A DNA stretch of 64,000 nucleotides, from contig CAXXQE010000006.1 of the NCBI GenBank assembly GCA_963665615.2, positions 649,165-713,164 of the forward strand, in the 5' to 3' direction. This document shows positions 1 to 11,698 of the stretch, in pieces. The number at the start of each line of letters is the position of its first letter. The first letter of the stretch is position 1. A model generated the notes under the pieces. It was not told where the DNA came from and did no database searches. It worked only from the letters and a program-made list of their open reading frames with translations. Position numbers and translations under genes: made by a program. This DNA is from Syntrophales bacterium (lineage in GTDB: Bacteria; Desulfobacterota; Syntrophia; Syntrophales; UBA4778).

Positions 1-541
1 ACTTCCACGGGGACTTATGGCTGTCACAGGTGGTAACGGTCGCATCCTTTAAGAAATAGGTCTGCGGCCCCTTTTTCTCGATCGTCGCGCCCGTGAGATA
101 AACGTGGTTTTCGGCAAGGAAGGCCTTCCCGTTCAAGGTCAAGCCCGTCTTCGTATTGAGATTGAATCGAACCTTGTCTCCTTCCAAAGTATCCCCCTGG
201 TCGCTGATATAGACGTGACCAGAGGCCTCCGTATCGCCAGTTGTCTTGTTGACAACGACATTTTCAGCAAACAGGAAACCATCCGTAAAATTGATGACCA
301 CGTTTCCCGAAGCGTAGTAGGTGTCCTTTTCATGGTCGTACTCCAATCGATCCGCCTTGATATCGATGGGACCCTGAATCTGCCTGTCTGCGAGAGGCGT
401 GTTTTTTGTTTTGACTGCGTCGTCATCTTCCTTAATGAGGCTATCGGCACCCCAGCTGACGCAGGCGAATGTCATCAGAAGACACCCCAAAACGACGGCC
501 AGGCAAAAATAATGTTTGACAGAAGATTTCATCAAGGGCAT
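1..541 (-). CDS. lptD: LPS-assembly protein LptD, 5' part; runs off the left edge of the window (start at 541 or 532)
   Basis: Manual translation, not in ORF track: MPLMKSSVKHYFCLAVVLGCLLMTFACVSWG (signal peptide) ... PIDIKADRLEYDHEKDTYYASGNVVI ... DATVTTCDSHKSPWK, an OstA-like N-terminal domain; lies downstream of folC. Confidence 0.8.
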   Translation of the reverse strand, partial: MPLMKSSVKHYFCLAVVLGCLLMTFACVSWGADSLIKEDDDAVKTKNTPLADRQIQGPIDIKADRLEYDHEKDTYYASGNVVINFTDGFLFAENVVVNKTTGDTEASGHVYISDQGDTLEGDKVRFNLNTKTGLTLNGKAFLAENHVYLTGATIEKKGPQTYFLKDATVTTCDSHKSPWK

Positions 542-744
542 CTCTTTACAGGGAAATTTCTTCAAAACCGCAGAGAACATAGCAGGAATCGACGCGATGC
601 GGCAACAGTTAATTTAACGAACCTTACCATCCCGCATCCCTTGTTCACGTTATCTTTTTCTGTGTCTTAATCGCAAAATCCTAAACGTAGCGCTGATACG
701 CCTGCGGTTTTGCCCAACCGATCCTGAAAAAATTAGGCGCGATC

Positions 745-2070
745 TCAGGTAATGTTATTTGCGAACAAGCTCTTGGCGTCTCTTTGCTGAATTATTTTTT
801 TAACTTCTCCAACCAGAAACAACGAGCCTGCTGCGCAAATGAGGTCTTCAGAACCTGCCTCCGTCAGGGCATACGCCAAGGCCGCCTCCGTCTTTTTTTT
901 AACAACTATGCGTTGTGCGTAAGGTCGGGCTGCGGCGGCAAGGATTTCCGGATCTTGACTCCGTTGCGTCTCAAGCCCCGTAAGGATCAGCAGAGACGCC
1001 AACGGCGCCAACCTTCGGAGCATCGTACCAACGGCCTTGTCTTTCAGAATCCCGACAATCAGAATTAACCGGCGGTAAGAATAATCATGACGCAGGGCAT
1101 CCGCTAAAACGGCTGTTCCGGCGGGATTATGGGCGCCGTCCACTATCAGGCGGGGCTGTTCCAACAGCTGCTCCAAGCGGCCCGCCCACTGCGTCTTTGC
1201 CAGGCCGCGTCTGAGAACCTCTTCATCGAGGGGAAGTCCTCTTTGAGACAAAACCTCTGCGGCGAGCAAGGCCGTCGCGGCATTCCGGAGCTGATGTCTG
1301 CCTCTAAGTGGAAGGGCCAGCCCGGACAGGCGATGCATCAATCCCGAATAGGTAAAGGTGCCTTCCGGGAGGTTCCGCAAAGCCCTTATCTTGCCACCAA
1401 CGCGCAAAAGGGTTGCATGGCGTTCTTCGCAAATGTCCCGCAGAGTCGCTAGTACCTTTGAATGGCCGGAGGCGGTTATGCAAACGCCGTCTTCCCGAAT
1501 GATACCAGCTTTCTCACGGGTGATAGCCGCCAGCGTATGCCCCAGGTACTGCCCGTGTTCTAGAGAAATATTGGTGATAATGGATACGTCCGGATTGACC
1601 ACATTGGTTGCATCCAGCCGTCCTCCCATGCCCACCTCCAATACGGCAACATCCACGCGTCGCCGCCGAAAAAGGAGGAAGGCGGCAATCGTCGCGAATT
1701 CGAAGTAGGTTGTTGCGTCATCGAGACATGGCATTGCCTCATCGAGAAGATCGCGCAGTTCGTCCCATGTAACCATCTCTCCGTTGATCCGGATGCGTTC
1801 CCTGAAGTCGATCAGATGGGGGGAGGTATAGAGCCCGACGCGGAGACCGGCTTCCGAGAGGATCGAGGCAAGCATCGCCGCCGTCGATCCCTTGCCATTG
1901 GTACCCGCCACAAGAACGGACCGTATCATCCGATGCGGATCACCGAGACGCTTCAAAATGAGGCGCAGCGGCTCAAGATCCAGTCGCATACCCCGCGTCT
2001 CGATCGAGGCCAGGAACGACGATACCGCGTGGGCTGATGATGCATTGGGGCGCCTGGTCATCGTCATCAT
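745..2070 (-). CDS. folC: Bifunctional folylpolyglutamate synthase/dihydrofolate synthase
   Basis: VAGTNGKGST, YTSPHL, EVGMGGRLDATN, DGAHNP, GSLFLVGE motifs. Confidence 0.95.
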   Translation of the reverse strand: MMTMTRRPNASSAHAVSSFLASIETRGMRLDLEPLRLILKRLGDPHRMIRSVLVAGTNGKGSTAAMLASILSEAGLRVGLYTSPHLIDFRERIRINGEMVTWDELRDLLDEAMPCLDDATTYFEFATIAAFLLFRRRRVDVAVLEVGMGGRLDATNVVNPDVSIITNISLEHGQYLGHTLAAITREKAGIIREDGVCITASGHSKVLATLRDICEERHATLLRVGGKIRALRNLPEGTFTYSGLMHRLSGLALPLRGRHQLRNAATALLAAEVLSQRGLPLDEEVLRRGLAKTQWAGRLEQLLEQPRLIVDGAHNPAGTAVLADALRHDYSYRRLILIVGILKDKAVGTMLRRLAPLASLLILTGLETQRSQDPEILAAAARPYAQRIVVKKKTEAALAYALTEAGSEDLICAAGSLFLVGEVKKIIQQRDAKSLFANNIT

Positions 2071-2169
2071 TATTGCTCCGGCGATTTAGTCACATGTAGA
2101 GACGCACAGACGGAATGACTGTTTAGCCCGACCTGGCGGAAAGGCGCTGCGCCTCACCGAATGCGCATT

Positions 2170-2204
2170 AAAAAAGCCGGGCACTCAACCTGAAGTACCC
2201 GGCC
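2170..2204 (-). terminator. Intrinsic terminator after rplQ (end of alpha operon)
   Basis: Minus strand GGCCGGGTAC-loop-GTGCCCGGC followed by TTTTTT. Confidence 0.7.
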
Positions 2205-2255
2205 ATTTTTCTCAATCCAGCGGCCAATCAATAGCGGTTGTGAAAAGAAGTGACG

Positions 2256-2696
2256 CTACTCCTTTTCCTGTTCGGCCGCTTTCTTCACCGGCGCCTTCTT
2301 GGCGGCCTTGTCCTTGGTGGCCTTCGGCTTCTTGTCCTCTGCCTTGACAACCAGTTCGATCATCGAAATGGCCGCACTGTCTCCAACCCGATTACCCACC
2401 TTCACGATACGGGTATAACCACCGTTGCGATCTGCAAATCGCGGAGCAATCTCGTCAAAGAGCTTCTTCGTGGTATCCTTCACCCGGATATAGGACTCAG
2501 CCTGCCGTCTGGCATGCAGTGTACCGGCTTTGCCGAGGGTGATCATCTTATCAGCCACACCACGCAACTCCTTGGCCTTGGCATCGGTCGTAATAATCTT
2601 TTCTTCTTTCAAAAAGGAAGTCACCATATTTCTCAACATCGCCTTTTTATGGTCAGATGTCTTTCCCAGCTTCCTTCCGGAATTTCTATGACGCAT
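2256..2696 (-). CDS. rplQ: 50S ribosomal protein L17
   Basis: [11 protein letters not shown]...GGYTRIVK; Lys/Ala-rich C-terminal tail. Confidence 0.98.
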   Translation of the reverse strand: MRHRNSGRKLGKTSDHKKAMLRNMVTSFLKEEKIITTDAKAKELRGVADKMITLGKAGTLHARRQAESYIRVKDTTKKLFDEIAPRFADRNGGYTRIVKVGNRVGDSAAISMIELVVKAEDKKPKATKDKAAKKAPVKKAAEQEKE

Positions 2697-2741
2697 GTAT
2701 ATTAAACCTTCCTTTCAGACAAGCAATTCAATGTCGTTTGA

Positions 2742-3752
2742 TTAAGCGTCTTCCCTGGATTTCGTTTTCTCGCCCTTGGTCCACGGTGGTCCCTCGATTT
2801 TCATGCCGAGACCGAGACCCATTTCGGAGAGAATCTCTTTAATCTCATTGAGAGACTTTCGGCCAAAATTCTTGGTTTTCAGCATCTCGGCCTCAGATTT
2901 TTGAACCAGTTCCCCGATGAGATTGATGCCTGCATTCTTCAGACAGTTGGCCGAACGAACCGAAAGTTCCAATTCATCGACACTTCTAAGCAGGTTCTCG
3001 TTGATCTTGCCCTTCTCCTCAATCTCGCCATGCTTTTCCTCTTCCAGGATTTCCTCGAAATTGATGAAGACATCCAACTGCTCTTTCAGAATTTTAGCGG
3101 CGTAGGCAATCACATCTTCAGGCGTAACGCTGCCATCCGTCCAGACTTCAAGGATCAAACGATCATAATCGGTAATCTGTCCGACACGCGCATGGGTAAC
3201 GGTATAGGTTACCTTCTTGATGGGAGAAAAAATCGCATCGATGTTGATGGTGCCTTCCGGCTGATCGGGATCCCGCTCCATCTTCGCTGGCGAATAGCCC
3301 TTCCCCATCTTAACCATCAAATCGGCCTTAAGATGGGCCTTGGAAGAAACGGTCGCAATATAATGATCCGGATTCATAATTTCAATGTTTCCATCTGTTT
3401 GAATATCCCCTGCGGTAACGACGCCGGGTTTGGAAACATCGAGGTGAATCATCTTCGGGGCATCCTGGTGTAGCTTGACCCTCACCCCCTTCAGATTGAG
3501 GATGATATCCGTTACGTCATCTTTTACACCGGGGATTGTAGAAAATTCATGCAGCACGCCATCGAACTTCACCGAAACAATGGCGGCGCCCCGGATAGAG
3601 GATAACAGCACCCTCCGGAGCGAATTGCCAAGCGTTATGCCAAATCCCTTTTCAAGGGGCTGAATGGTAAATTCCCCATAAGCGCGACTATGGGTTTTTT
3701 CATCAACCTCTATCTTCTTCGGTCTGATCAGGCTTCGCCAATTTTTTTGCAT
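2742..3752 (-). CDS. rpoA: RNA polymerase alpha subunit
   Basis: [39 protein letters not shown]. Confidence 0.99.
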   Translation of the reverse strand: MQKNWRSLIRPKKIEVDEKTHSRAYGEFTIQPLEKGFGITLGNSLRRVLLSSIRGAAIVSVKFDGVLHEFSTIPGVKDDVTDIILNLKGVRVKLHQDAPKMIHLDVSKPGVVTAGDIQTDGNIEIMNPDHYIATVSSKAHLKADLMVKMGKGYSPAKMERDPDQPEGTINIDAIFSPIKKVTYTVTHARVGQITDYDRLILEVWTDGSVTPEDVIAYAAKILKEQLDVFINFEEILEEEKHGEIEEKGKINENLLRSVDELELSVRSANCLKNAGINLIGELVQKSEAEMLKTKNFGRKSLNEIKEILSEMGLGLGMKIEGPPWTKGEKTKSREDA

Positions 3753-3780
3753 GTTCCTTCCTTATCTGCGGTAATTAATT

Positions 3781-4407
3781 CTACTTAGAATAAAGCTCGA
3801 CGACCAGCTGTTCGTGAATCGGCATGGTCAACTCTTCTCGGGTCGGCAGTGCTTTCAGCACGCCACGGAAGTTATCCTTGTCCAATTCAAGCCACTGAGG
3901 AAGACCCCGCCGCGTTACGGTATCGAGCGCTTCAAGGATACGGGTCATTTTTCTGCTCTTCTCTCTGACCTCTATCACGCTACCCGCCTCGACCAAGTAG
4001 GAAGGGATATTGACCTTTTTACCATTAACCGCAAAGTGGCTGTGCATGACCAATTGTCTGGCTTCAGCGCGAGAACTGGCAAAACCCATTCTAAATACCA
4101 CGTTGTCGAGTCGTCTCTCCAGGAGGATCAGAAGATTGGTTCCTGTGACGCCTTTTTGGCGATCCGCTTTCTCAAAATAGAGTTTAAACTGCCGTTCCAG
4201 CAAACCAAACATTCTTTTGAGTTTCTGTTTTTCTCTCAGCTGAACACCGTAATCGGAATTCTTCCGACGACTCTGACCGTGCTCTCCGGGGGCGTAGCCC
4301 CGACGTTCGAATGCGCACTTCTCTGTGTAGCAGCGATCACCCTTGGCGAATAGCTTTATCCCTTCACTGCGGCACAACCTGCACAATGACTCTCGATACC
4401 TTGCCAA
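3781..4407 (-). CDS. rpsD: 30S ribosomal protein S4 (Cys-containing form), TTG start
   Basis: CRLCR..., [30 protein letters not shown]. Confidence 0.98.
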   Translation of the reverse strand: MARYRESLCRLCRSEGIKLFAKGDRCYTEKCAFERRGYAPGEHGQSRRKNSDYGVQLREKQKLKRMFGLLERQFKLYFEKADRQKGVTGTNLLILLERRLDNVVFRMGFASSRAEARQLVMHSHFAVNGKKVNIPSYLVEAGSVIEVREKSRKMTRILEALDTVTRRGLPQWLELDKDNFRGVLKALPTREELTMPIHEQLVVELYSK

Positions 4408-4486
4408 TTTAATTCCTCCAGATATTAAAAACTATGAAATCCCGTCCACCCTGGCGCAGCCGTCACGATAGCGCCATTCTGAACGG

Positions 4487-4879
4487 CTATACCCTTCTTC
4501 GTTTCGGGGGACGGCAGCCGTTATGGGGAACGGGCGTCACATCTCGAATGACACTGATCGTGAGCCCCGCGGATTGCAACGACCGCAGCGCGGACTCGCG
4601 ACCGGACCCCGGCCCTTTAACGTAAACTTGGACATTACGCATCCCGTGCTCAAGCGCCTTTTTAACGGCCCCTTCAGCCGCCATCTGCGCCGCAAAGGGC
4701 GTGCCTTTTCTAGATCCCTTGAATCCCTGAGAGCCAGACGACGACCACGACACGACATTGCCAGTCATATCCGTGATTGTCACAATCGTATTATTGAAAG
4801 TGGACTGAATGTGGGCAACACCTTCAGTGATGTGCTTCTTTTCCCTCTTTTTTCCCTTTTTACCTTTCGGCATTGCCAT
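4487..4879 (-). CDS. rpsK: 30S ribosomal protein S11
   Basis: [33 protein letters not shown]. Confidence 0.99.
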   Translation of the reverse strand: MAMPKGKKGKKREKKHITEGVAHIQSTFNNTIVTITDMTGNVVSWSSSGSQGFKGSRKGTPFAAQMAAEGAVKKALEHGMRNVQVYVKGPGSGRESALRSLQSAGLTISVIRDVTPVPHNGCRPPKRRRV

Positions 4880-4910
4880 GGAACATGACCCTCCGTAAAC
4901 TCATTTCTGA

Positions 4911-5279
4911 TTACTTGCGCTTCCCTGCAATCGCTCTCCGTGGACCTTTTCTCGTTCTCGAATTGGTGCGCGTCCGCTGACCTCTGACGGGCAATCCTTT
5001 GCGGTGTCGGAGGCCCCGATAGGTTCCAACGTCCATTAGTCGCTTGATGGACATGGACAGTTCACGCCTCAAATCCCCCTCAACTTTATGATCCCGGTCA
5101 ATGATTGTTCTAATCGCATTGAGCTCCGAATCCAACAGATCATCCGTCTTCTTTGCGAAATCCACGCCGGCTTCTCTGAGAATCTCTTGCGCCTTCGACC
5201 GACCGATGCCGTAGATATAGGTCATGGCGATTTCCATTCTCTTATTTTTCGCTAAATCAACACCCGCAATTCTTGCCAC
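4911..5279 (-). CDS. rpsM: 30S ribosomal protein S13
   Basis: [25 protein letters not shown]. Confidence 0.99.
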   Translation of the reverse strand: MARIAGVDLAKNKRMEIAMTYIYGIGRSKAQEILREAGVDFAKKTDDLLDSELNAIRTIIDRDHKVEGDLRRELSMSIKRLMDVGTYRGLRHRKGLPVRGQRTRTNSRTRKGPRRAIAGKRK

Positions 5280-5308
5280 TGAAAACCTCCTGTGGAATAA
5301 ACGATCTC

Positions 5309-5422
5309 TTATCCCTGACGCTGTTTATGCTTCGGATTATCGCATATAACCCGCACGACGCCACGTCTCTTAATGATCTTGCATTTATCGCATATCTTTT
5401 TGATTGAAGACCTAACTTTCAC
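5309..5422 (-). CDS. rpmJ: 50S ribosomal protein L36 (37 aa, GTG start; below ORF-track cutoff)
   Basis: Manual translation [37 protein letters not shown]. Confidence 0.97.
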   Translation of the reverse strand: MKVRSSIKKICDKCKIIKRRGVVRVICDNPKHKQRQG

Positions 5423-5438
5423 GATCCCACTCCCTGTC

Positions 5439-5657
5439 TTACTTTGACCTGTAAATGATTCGCCCTCGCGAGAGATCATAAGGAGACAATTCCACGGTCA
5501 CCTTGTCACCCGGAAGAATCTTAATGAAATGCATTCTCATCTTTCCCGATATATGCGCGAGCACCCGGTGCCCGTTTTCGAGCTCCACTCTGAACATGGC
5601 ATTGGGAAGGGTTTCAATCACCGCCCCCTCGACCTCTATGGAATCCTCTTTCGCCAT
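5439..5657 (-). CDS. infA: Translation initiation factor IF-1
   Basis: [29 protein letters not shown]. Confidence 0.99.
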   Translation of the reverse strand: MAKEDSIEVEGAVIETLPNAMFRVELENGHRVLAHISGKMRMHFIKILPGDKVTVELSPYDLSRGRIIYRSK

Positions 5658-5694
5658 ATATCCCTTTCTAAATCTCCCCCAAACGAACCGGCCC

Positions 5695-6444
5695 TCACAT
5701 CGTTTGCGTCAGGATGATGGGTGCACCGTCCGTTATCGCGACTGTATGCTCAAAATGAGCCGACAGCTTGCCGTCTGCGGTAACGACTGTCCACCCGTCG
5801 GACAGAACCTTTACATCGTAGGTCCCCTCGTTTACCATCGGCTCTATAGCGAGAACCATCCCCGCTTTCAAGGCAATGCCGCGGCCCGACAGGCCGAAAT
5901 TCGGAATCTGCGGGTCTTCATGGAGGCTCTTACCGATGCCGTGGCCGACATAGTCCCGAACAATCGAAAACCCCTGCGTCTCACAAAACGTTTGAACCGC
6001 AGCCGAGATATCGCCCAATCTGCCGCCGACCATCGCCCGGTCAATCGCCTGATAAAGCGATCCTTCCGTAACCTCCAGCAAGCGCTGGGCCGTCTGAGAC
6101 ACACACCCCACGGCAACGGTGATAGCGGCGTCGGCGTAATAACCTTTGTAAAGAACGCCGAAATCGATACTCAGGATATCGCCCTCTTCCGCCACTCGAT
6201 TGGACGGAATGCCGTGAACGACCTCGCTGTTCAACGAGGTGCAAAGGGATGCCGGGTATCCCCTGTATCCTTTGAAGGCCGGTTTGGCACCTCTTTTCCG
6301 CGTCAGATCTTCAGCGCGGCGATCCAATTCGATCGTCTTGATCCCCGGTCGGATCATCTCTTTCATTTCGGTGAGAACCTCAGAGACAATGCGCCCGCTT
6401 TTCTTCATCTCTTCAATCTCATGAGGAGATTTCAAGATGATCAT
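5695..6444 (-). CDS. map: Type I methionine aminopeptidase (start moved to MIILKS)
   Basis: VVHGIP, GHGIG, HEDPQI, AIEPM, SAHFEHT. Confidence 0.97.
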   Translation of the reverse strand: MIILKSPHEIEEMKKSGRIVSEVLTEMKEMIRPGIKTIELDRRAEDLTRKRGAKPAFKGYRGYPASLCTSLNSEVVHGIPSNRVAEEGDILSIDFGVLYKGYYADAAITVAVGCVSQTAQRLLEVTEGSLYQAIDRAMVGGRLGDISAAVQTFCETQGFSIVRDYVGHGIGKSLHEDPQIPNFGLSGRGIALKAGMVLAIEPMVNEGTYDVKVLSDGWTVVTADGKLSAHFEHTVAITDGAPIILTQTM

Positions 6445-6480
6445 AACACACAGTCCCCCAAGGACGAGATACGACAACCT

Positions 6481-7788
6481 TTAACGTCGTTTGACAATCC
6501 GCCCTTTTTTGAGAAATCCTTCGTACTGCCTCGTTAACAGGTGTGCCTCAATCTGACCGGCTGTGTCCAAGGCAACGCCCACCATAATCAAGAGAGACGT
6601 CCCACCGAAATAGAAGGGGACATTAAAAGAGCTAATCAAAATACTCGGCAGCACACAAACTGCCGAAACGTAGAGCGCGCCACCAAAGGTCAATCGGGTC
6701 AAGACACTGTCGATAAATTCCGCTGTTTTCTTTCCAGGACGAATGCCGGGAACAAAACCGCCGTTCTTTTTCATGTTCTCAGCAACGTCAGTCGGATTGA
6801 AGCTGACGGCCGTATAAAAATAACAGAAGAAGATGATGAACGCCACGAAGAGCAGTTCATACACCACACCGCCCGGGTGCAGGAATCCCGACACCGTCTT
6901 CATCCAGGGATGGGGAATGAAGTTGGCGATCGTCGCCGGAAACATAATAATGGACGACGCGAAAATCGGGGGAATCACGCCCGCCGAGTTGATCTTCAGC
7001 GGCAGGTGCGTCGTCTGACCGCCGTACATCTTGCGCCCGACAACACGTTTGGCATACTGCACCGGAATTCTCCGTTGACCGCTCTCCATGAAGACGATGA
7101 CTCCAACGACCGCAAACATCAAGGCAACGATAAAGATAGCAATGACGATGCCCATTTCACCGGCGGCTAAAAGCCGGAAGGTATTGAACACCGCCTGAGG
7201 GCCTCTGGCGACAATACCCGCAAAAATGATCAGCGAGATCCCGTTGCCGATGCCGCGCTCAGTGATCTGCTCTCCGAGCCACATGATGAAGGCCGTTCCC
7301 GCCGTCAGGGTGATAACCGTCATTAACCTGAACCCCCAGCCGGGCGCCAAAACAATCGAGGCCCCCATCGGGCTTGTCATGCTCTCCAGACCGACCGAGA
7401 TGCCGAACCCCTGCACAACGCTCAACAGCACCGTGCCGTAGCGCGTGTACTGCGTGATCTTCCGCCGACCGCTTTCACCCTCCTTCGACAGCCGCTCCAG
7501 GTGCGGCCAAACGACCGTCAAAAGCTGGAGAATGATGGAAGCGCTGATATACGGCATGATGCCCAGGGCAAAGACGGATAACTGGTTCAAGGCGCCCCCC
7601 GACATCAGGTCAGCAAAACCGAGCAGCGATCCCTGCGCCTGCTTGAAGAAGGCGCCGAGGGCGACTGTGTCAATGCCCGGCGTCGGGACATGGGTTCCGA
7701 CCCGGTAAACGGCGAGCAGCAGCAGGCTCATCAGGATGCGCTTCTGAAGCTCGGGAATCTTCGCAATGTTTTTAAACCCGCCGATCAA
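6481..7788 (-). CDS. secY: Preprotein translocase SecY
   Basis: FALGIMPYISASII, WLGEQIT.RGIGNGISL, GVIPPIFASS, PGIRPG. Confidence 0.99.
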   Translation of the reverse strand: MIGGFKNIAKIPELQKRILMSLLLLAVYRVGTHVPTPGIDTVALGAFFKQAQGSLLGFADLMSGGALNQLSVFALGIMPYISASIILQLLTVVWPHLERLSKEGESGRRKITQYTRYGTVLLSVVQGFGISVGLESMTSPMGASIVLAPGWGFRLMTVITLTAGTAFIMWLGEQITERGIGNGISLIIFAGIVARGPQAVFNTFRLLAAGEMGIVIAIFIVALMFAVVGVIVFMESGQRRIPVQYAKRVVGRKMYGGQTTHLPLKINSAGVIPPIFASSIIMFPATIANFIPHPWMKTVSGFLHPGGVVYELLFVAFIIFFCYFYTAVSFNPTDVAENMKKNGGFVPGIRPGKKTAEFIDSVLTRLTFGGALYVSAVCVLPSILISSFNVPFYFGGTSLLIMVGVALDTAGQIEAHLLTRQYEGFLKKGRIVKRR

Positions 7789-7800
7789 TGCATATACCCC

Positions 7801-8241
7801 TTATAGGACCTCGATCGTTCCTCCCGCCGCCTCGATCTTCTCCTTGGCGGACTGGCTGATCATATCGACCTTGAGTGTAAGAGCCCCTTTGACAAACCCC
7901 TGTCCGAGCACCTTGAGGGCTTCTCCCGTTTTCTTTACGATGCCGCGATCCACCAGAGCGGCCAGATCCACAACGGAACCTTCAGCAAAAGCGTTCAACT
8001 GATCCAGATTGACGATCACGACGTCTTTCTTGAAGATATTTCGGAAGCCTCTCTTGGGAAGTCTTCGCGACAGTGGCATCTGCCCACCTTCATAGCCGCG
8101 CCGAACCTTGCCGCCGGAGCGGGCCTTCTGGCCCTTGTGCCCCTTGCAAGACGTGCCGCCATGACCGGAGCCATCGCCGCGTCCAACCCGCTTTCTCTTT
8201 TTCGTCGCACCCGCAGATGGTTTTAACTGACTTAAATCCAT
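7801..8241 (-). CDS. rplO: 50S ribosomal protein L15
   Basis: [34 protein letters not shown]. Confidence 0.98.
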   Translation of the reverse strand: MDLSQLKPSAGATKKRKRVGRGDGSGHGGTSCKGHKGQKARSGGKVRRGYEGGQMPLSRRLPKRGFRNIFKKDVVIVNLDQLNAFAEGSVVDLAALVDRGIVKKTGEALKVLGQGFVKGALTLKVDMISQSAKEKIEAAGGTIEVL

Positions 8242-8251
8242 GCCATTATCC

Positions 8252-8434
8252 TCATACTTCCTGAACGGAGACCAGGTGAATCACCTTCTGGATCATCCCC
8301 CGGATCTCGGGTGTATCGTTTAGCAAAACGCTACGATTCGTTTTTTTCAAGCCCATGCCCATCAGGATCTGCCTCTGATTCTCGGGCCTTCCGATTTTGC
8401 TCTTGACCAGCGTGATTTTTAACTGTTTCGACAC
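8252..8434 (-). CDS. rpmD: 50S ribosomal protein L30
   Basis: [11 protein letters not shown]...[14 protein letters not shown]; position in spc operon. Confidence 0.96.
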   Translation of the reverse strand: MSKQLKITLVKSKIGRPENQRQILMGMGLKKTNRSVLLNDTPEIRGMIQKVIHLVSVQEV

Positions 8435-8445
8435 GGCGTATCCCC

Positions 8446-8946
8446 TTAAATTTCTGTAACCTCTTTCCCTCTCATCGCGGCAATGGCGTCTGGCGCGCGA
8501 AGCTTTCGGAGACCGTCGAGGGTAGCCTTTACGAGGTTATGCGGATTATGCGATCCAAGACATTTCGTCAAAACGTTTCGCACCCCGGCGACCTCGAGAA
8601 TGGCGCGCACGGCTCCGCCCGCGATCAGCCCGGTTCCTTCCGAGGCCGGCTTCAGCAAGACCTTCCCCGCCCCATAGTGGCCGATGATCTCATGAGGGAT
8701 CGTACCGTCGGCGATCATGATATTCTTCAAATCCTTCTTCGCCTTTTCGGTGCCCTTTCGGATCGCTTCGGGAACCTCGTTGGCCTTGCCCAAACCGGCC
8801 CCCACGGATCCCTTGCCGTTTCCAACCACGACAACGGCGCTGAAACGGAAGCGTCTGCCGCCCTTGACGACCTTCGCTGTTCTGTTTATCGTGATCACAC
8901 GATCGAGAAGCTCACTCTCTTCCATGTCTCTTCTGTCTCTATCCAA
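8446..8946 (-). CDS. rpsE: 30S ribosomal protein S5
   Basis: [29 protein letters not shown]. Confidence 0.99.
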   Translation of the reverse strand: MDRDRRDMEESELLDRVITINRTAKVVKGGRRFRFSAVVVVGNGKGSVGAGLGKANEVPEAIRKGTEKAKKDLKNIMIADGTIPHEIIGHYGAGKVLLKPASEGTGLIAGGAVRAILEVAGVRNVLTKCLGSHNPHNLVKATLDGLRKLRAPDAIAAMRGKEVTEI

Positions 8947-9013
8947 TGGTCTTCCCTCGGAAAATATTTTTCTGATGATTGATGGTTCTCAACGACCTGC
9001 CGTGCCAGCGGAC

Positions 9014-9385
9014 TTAGAACTTCAGTCCCGCTTCCCTGGCACCGTCCGCAAGGGCCTTTACCCGGCCATGATAGAGGAACCGGCCGCGATCAAAAACCAC
9101 TTCCGAAATGCCCTTCTCCAGCAGCCGTTTCGCAACCAGTCCGCCGACCTTCTTGGCAGCCTCGCCCTTCTTGACATCGGCCAGTTCGTTTTTCAACTCC
9201 TCGCTCAAGGTGGAAGCGGCGATGAGCGTCTTGCCCAGATCGTCCGCAATGGCCTGGACATAAATATGTCTCGCAGTCCGAAAGACCGACAACCGGGGCC
9301 TGGATTCCGTTCCGGAAATCTTTCCTCTGACCCTGCGTTCTCTCTGAGTCCGTACCTTGTCAATTTTCTTTTTGATCGATAACAC
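9014..9385 (-). CDS. rplR: 50S ribosomal protein L18
   Basis: [32 protein letters not shown]. Confidence 0.98.
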   Translation of the reverse strand: MLSIKKKIDKVRTQRERRVRGKISGTESRPRLSVFRTARHIYVQAIADDLGKTLIAASTLSEELKNELADVKKGEAAKKVGGLVAKRLLEKGISEVVFDRGRFLYHGRVKALADGAREAGLKF

Positions 9386-9458
9386 GTCAAACCTCGCTCA
9401 ATTTTGCCTTGCCATATCTTTCAAGTGCCGCCGTCCACCGACGGCCCCGGTCGTCCGG

Positions 9459-10001
9459 CTACTTGGAACCAGCCGACTTGCCGACCTTCCGTTTGATCCT
9501 CTCGCCCAGGTACTTAATACCTTTTCCTTTGTAAGGTTCCGGCTTTCGGAGAGCCCTGATCTGCGATGCGACACTGCCAACGAATTCCTTATCGATCCCC
9601 GCCAGCTGAATCGTGACCTGCTTCTCAATACTCACCGAAATGCCCTTCGGGATCTCATACTCCTTCGGTTTCGAAAATCCGAGATAGAGTTTCAGGATAT
9701 TGCCCGCCGTCTCCGCACGATATCCAACACCTGATATCTCGAGCGTTTTCTGGAAGCCCGCGCTAACGCCAGTGACCATATTGGCAATCAACGTCCTGGT
9801 CAGACCATGCAGCGACCGGCTCTTGCGGTCTTCTCCCTGTCTCGACACGATGATCGCATCCTTTTCGACTGTCACGGCGATATCGGACGGCACGGCCAAC
9901 GAAAGAGCGCCCTTGGGCCCTTCCGCCTTTATCTTTTCATTGTCCCGACTGATCTTGACTCCCGCCGGAATAACAATTGGTTTCTTACCGATTCTTGACA
10001 T
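9459..10001 (-). CDS. rplF: 50S ribosomal protein L6
   Basis: MSRIGKKPI, GVGYRA, PEPYKGKGIKY. Confidence 0.99.
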   Translation of the reverse strand: MSRIGKKPIVIPAGVKISRDNEKIKAEGPKGALSLAVPSDIAVTVEKDAIIVSRQGEDRKSRSLHGLTRTLIANMVTGVSAGFQKTLEISGVGYRAETAGNILKLYLGFSKPKEYEIPKGISVSIEKQVTIQLAGIDKEFVGSVASQIRALRKPEPYKGKGIKYLGERIKRKVGKSAGSK

Positions 10002-10034
10002 GAATTGATCTCCGATTCCCTCTATCTGATCGTC

Positions 10035-10436
10035 CTACCAGACCTTGCAGAGAAGCTCTCCCCCGACGTTCATCTCCCGGGCTTCCTTATCGGTCACAAT
10101 ACCCTTCGAGGTCGAAACAATGGCAACCCCATACCCGTTGAGCACCTTCGGAATTTTCTCACTTTTGACGTAAACCCGCCGACCCGGTCGGCTTACCCTC
10201 TCAATGCCGGTTATTGCGCTTTCCTTTGCATCCGTAAATTTCAGGTAGATCCGCAGGATTCCCTTTTGATTATTATCGCGCTTAACATTGAACCCACTGA
10301 TATAACCGGCTTTTTTCAAAACCTTGGCAATATTGAAATTGACCTGGGACAGCAGGATATCCACGCTCTTCATGTTTATCCGGCTTGCGTTCCTGATTCT
10401 GGTCAGCATATCAGCAATTGGATCGGTCATCCCCAT
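10035..10436 (-). CDS. rpsH: 30S ribosomal protein S8
   Basis: TDPIADMLTRIRNA, SRPGRRVY, STSKG. Confidence 0.99.
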   Translation of the reverse strand: MGMTDPIADMLTRIRNASRINMKSVDILLSQVNFNIAKVLKKAGYISGFNVKRDNNQKGILRIYLKFTDAKESAITGIERVSRPGRRVYVKSEKIPKVLNGYGVAIVSTSKGIVTDKEAREMNVGGELLCKVW

Positions 10437-10460
10437 CTTTTATTTCTCCTTAAAACTCAT

Positions 10461-10646
10461 CTACCAGCTTGCTTTAATGACACCGGGGAGCTCTCCTATC
10501 AAAGAGCGCTTCCTCAGGCAAATTCTGCACATATCGAACTTACGGAAATACGCGCGCGGCCGGCCACATATCGGACAACGATTATACTCTCTGACCGCGA
10601 ATTTCTTTTTCCTTTTGGCCTTTGCAATTAAGGATTTCTTTGCCAA
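10461..10646 (-). CDS. rpsN: 30S ribosomal protein S14, short zinc-binding type Z
   Basis: 61 aa, RCPICGRPR...MCRICLR...PGV.KASW. Confidence 0.98.
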   Translation of the reverse strand: MAKKSLIAKAKRKKKFAVREYNRCPICGRPRAYFRKFDMCRICLRKRSLIGELPGVIKASW

Positions 10647-10675
10647 TCTCCCATCCTCCAGATCTTTGTCCCAAC

Positions 10676-11215
10676 TTAACTTCTAAAAGGCATGCCCATC
10701 AGTTTCAAAAGCGCCCTGGCCTCTTCGTCCGTCTTGGACGAAGTGACGATGGTAATATTCATTCCCGTCACTTTCTCGACTTTGTCGTAGTCGATCTCGG
10801 GAAAAATAAACTGCTCCTTCAGGCCCATCGAAAAATTGCCCCTGCCGTCAAAGGATTTTGAGGGGATCCCCCGAAAGTCCCTAATTCGGGGAAGCGCTAC
10901 GTTGACCAGCCGATCAAAAAATTCGTACATGCGTTCCCGCCGCAACGTGACCATGACGCCAATCGGCATCCCCTTGCGGAGCTTGAACGTCGCTATCGAT
11001 TTGCGCGCCTTAGTAATAACAGGCTTCTGACCGGCGATCTTGGAGAGCTCCAGTGCGGCCGCATCCAGGATCTTCACATTCTGGATCGCGTCTCCGAGTC
11101 CGAAATTCACAACGATCTTCTTCATCGCCGGAACCTGCATCTTGTTGCCGTATCCGAATTCCTTGACGAGTTCGGGAACAACCTTCGTGTTGTAAAACTC
11201 TTTCAGTCTAGCCAT
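10676..11215 (-). CDS. rplE: 50S ribosomal protein L5
   Basis: [32 protein letters not shown]. Confidence 0.99.
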   Translation of the reverse strand: MARLKEFYNTKVVPELVKEFGYGNKMQVPAMKKIVVNFGLGDAIQNVKILDAAALELSKIAGQKPVITKARKSIATFKLRKGMPIGVMVTLRRERMYEFFDRLVNVALPRIRDFRGIPSKSFDGRGNFSMGLKEQFIFPEIDYDKVEKVTGMNITIVTSSKTDEEARALLKLMGMPFRS

Positions 11216-11318
11216 CAATCAAACCCTCGATGAGCCTGGCACCATCAGTCCGCCTGCGCTTTGGAAATCCTTCAGGGCCATCCCGTTTAAATGTGATTCT
11301 CTATAGAACAGCGTCCCG

Positions 11319-11639
11319 CTATTCGTCCAAGACCTCACTGCACTTTCGGCAGGTCCGCACCTTCTTGCCGTCCTCCAGGATCTTGAAGCCGATCCGGGCC
11401 GCCGACTTGCACTTTTCGCAAATCCGCATGACATTGGACATAGCGATGGCACCTTCCTTCTCGACGATGCCGCCCTTGCCCTTGGCGTCGGGTCTGGAAT
11501 GTTTTTTAATAAAATTAACCTTCTCAACGACAACACGGTTTTCGTCTCCGACGACCTTCATCACCCTGCCGGTCTTGCCTTTTTCCTTTCCGGCAATGAC
11601 TTCCACCGTGTCACCCTTTTTAATACGCCTTGCCTGCAT
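11319..11639 (-). CDS. rplX: 50S ribosomal protein L24
   Basis: IKKGDTV.VIAGK.KGK.G KOW motif; two CxxC pairs in the C-terminal half. Confidence 0.98.
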   Translation of the reverse strand: MQARRIKKGDTVEVIAGKEKGKTGRVMKVVGDENRVVVEKVNFIKKHSRPDAKGKGGIVEKEGAIAMSNVMRICEKCKSAARIGFKILEDGKKVRTCRKCSEVLDE

Positions 11640-11698
11640 GACCAGGTTTCCTCTCCTTAATGAGCTTATTTCTCTTCCGTTGAACAGTCCTGCCTCGG

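Noticed and set aside
104..670. 188-aa plus-strand ORF and 103-aa minus-strand ORF in the track
   Set aside because: Both are shadows of the lptD 5' region, which the track missed because it has no stop inside the window.
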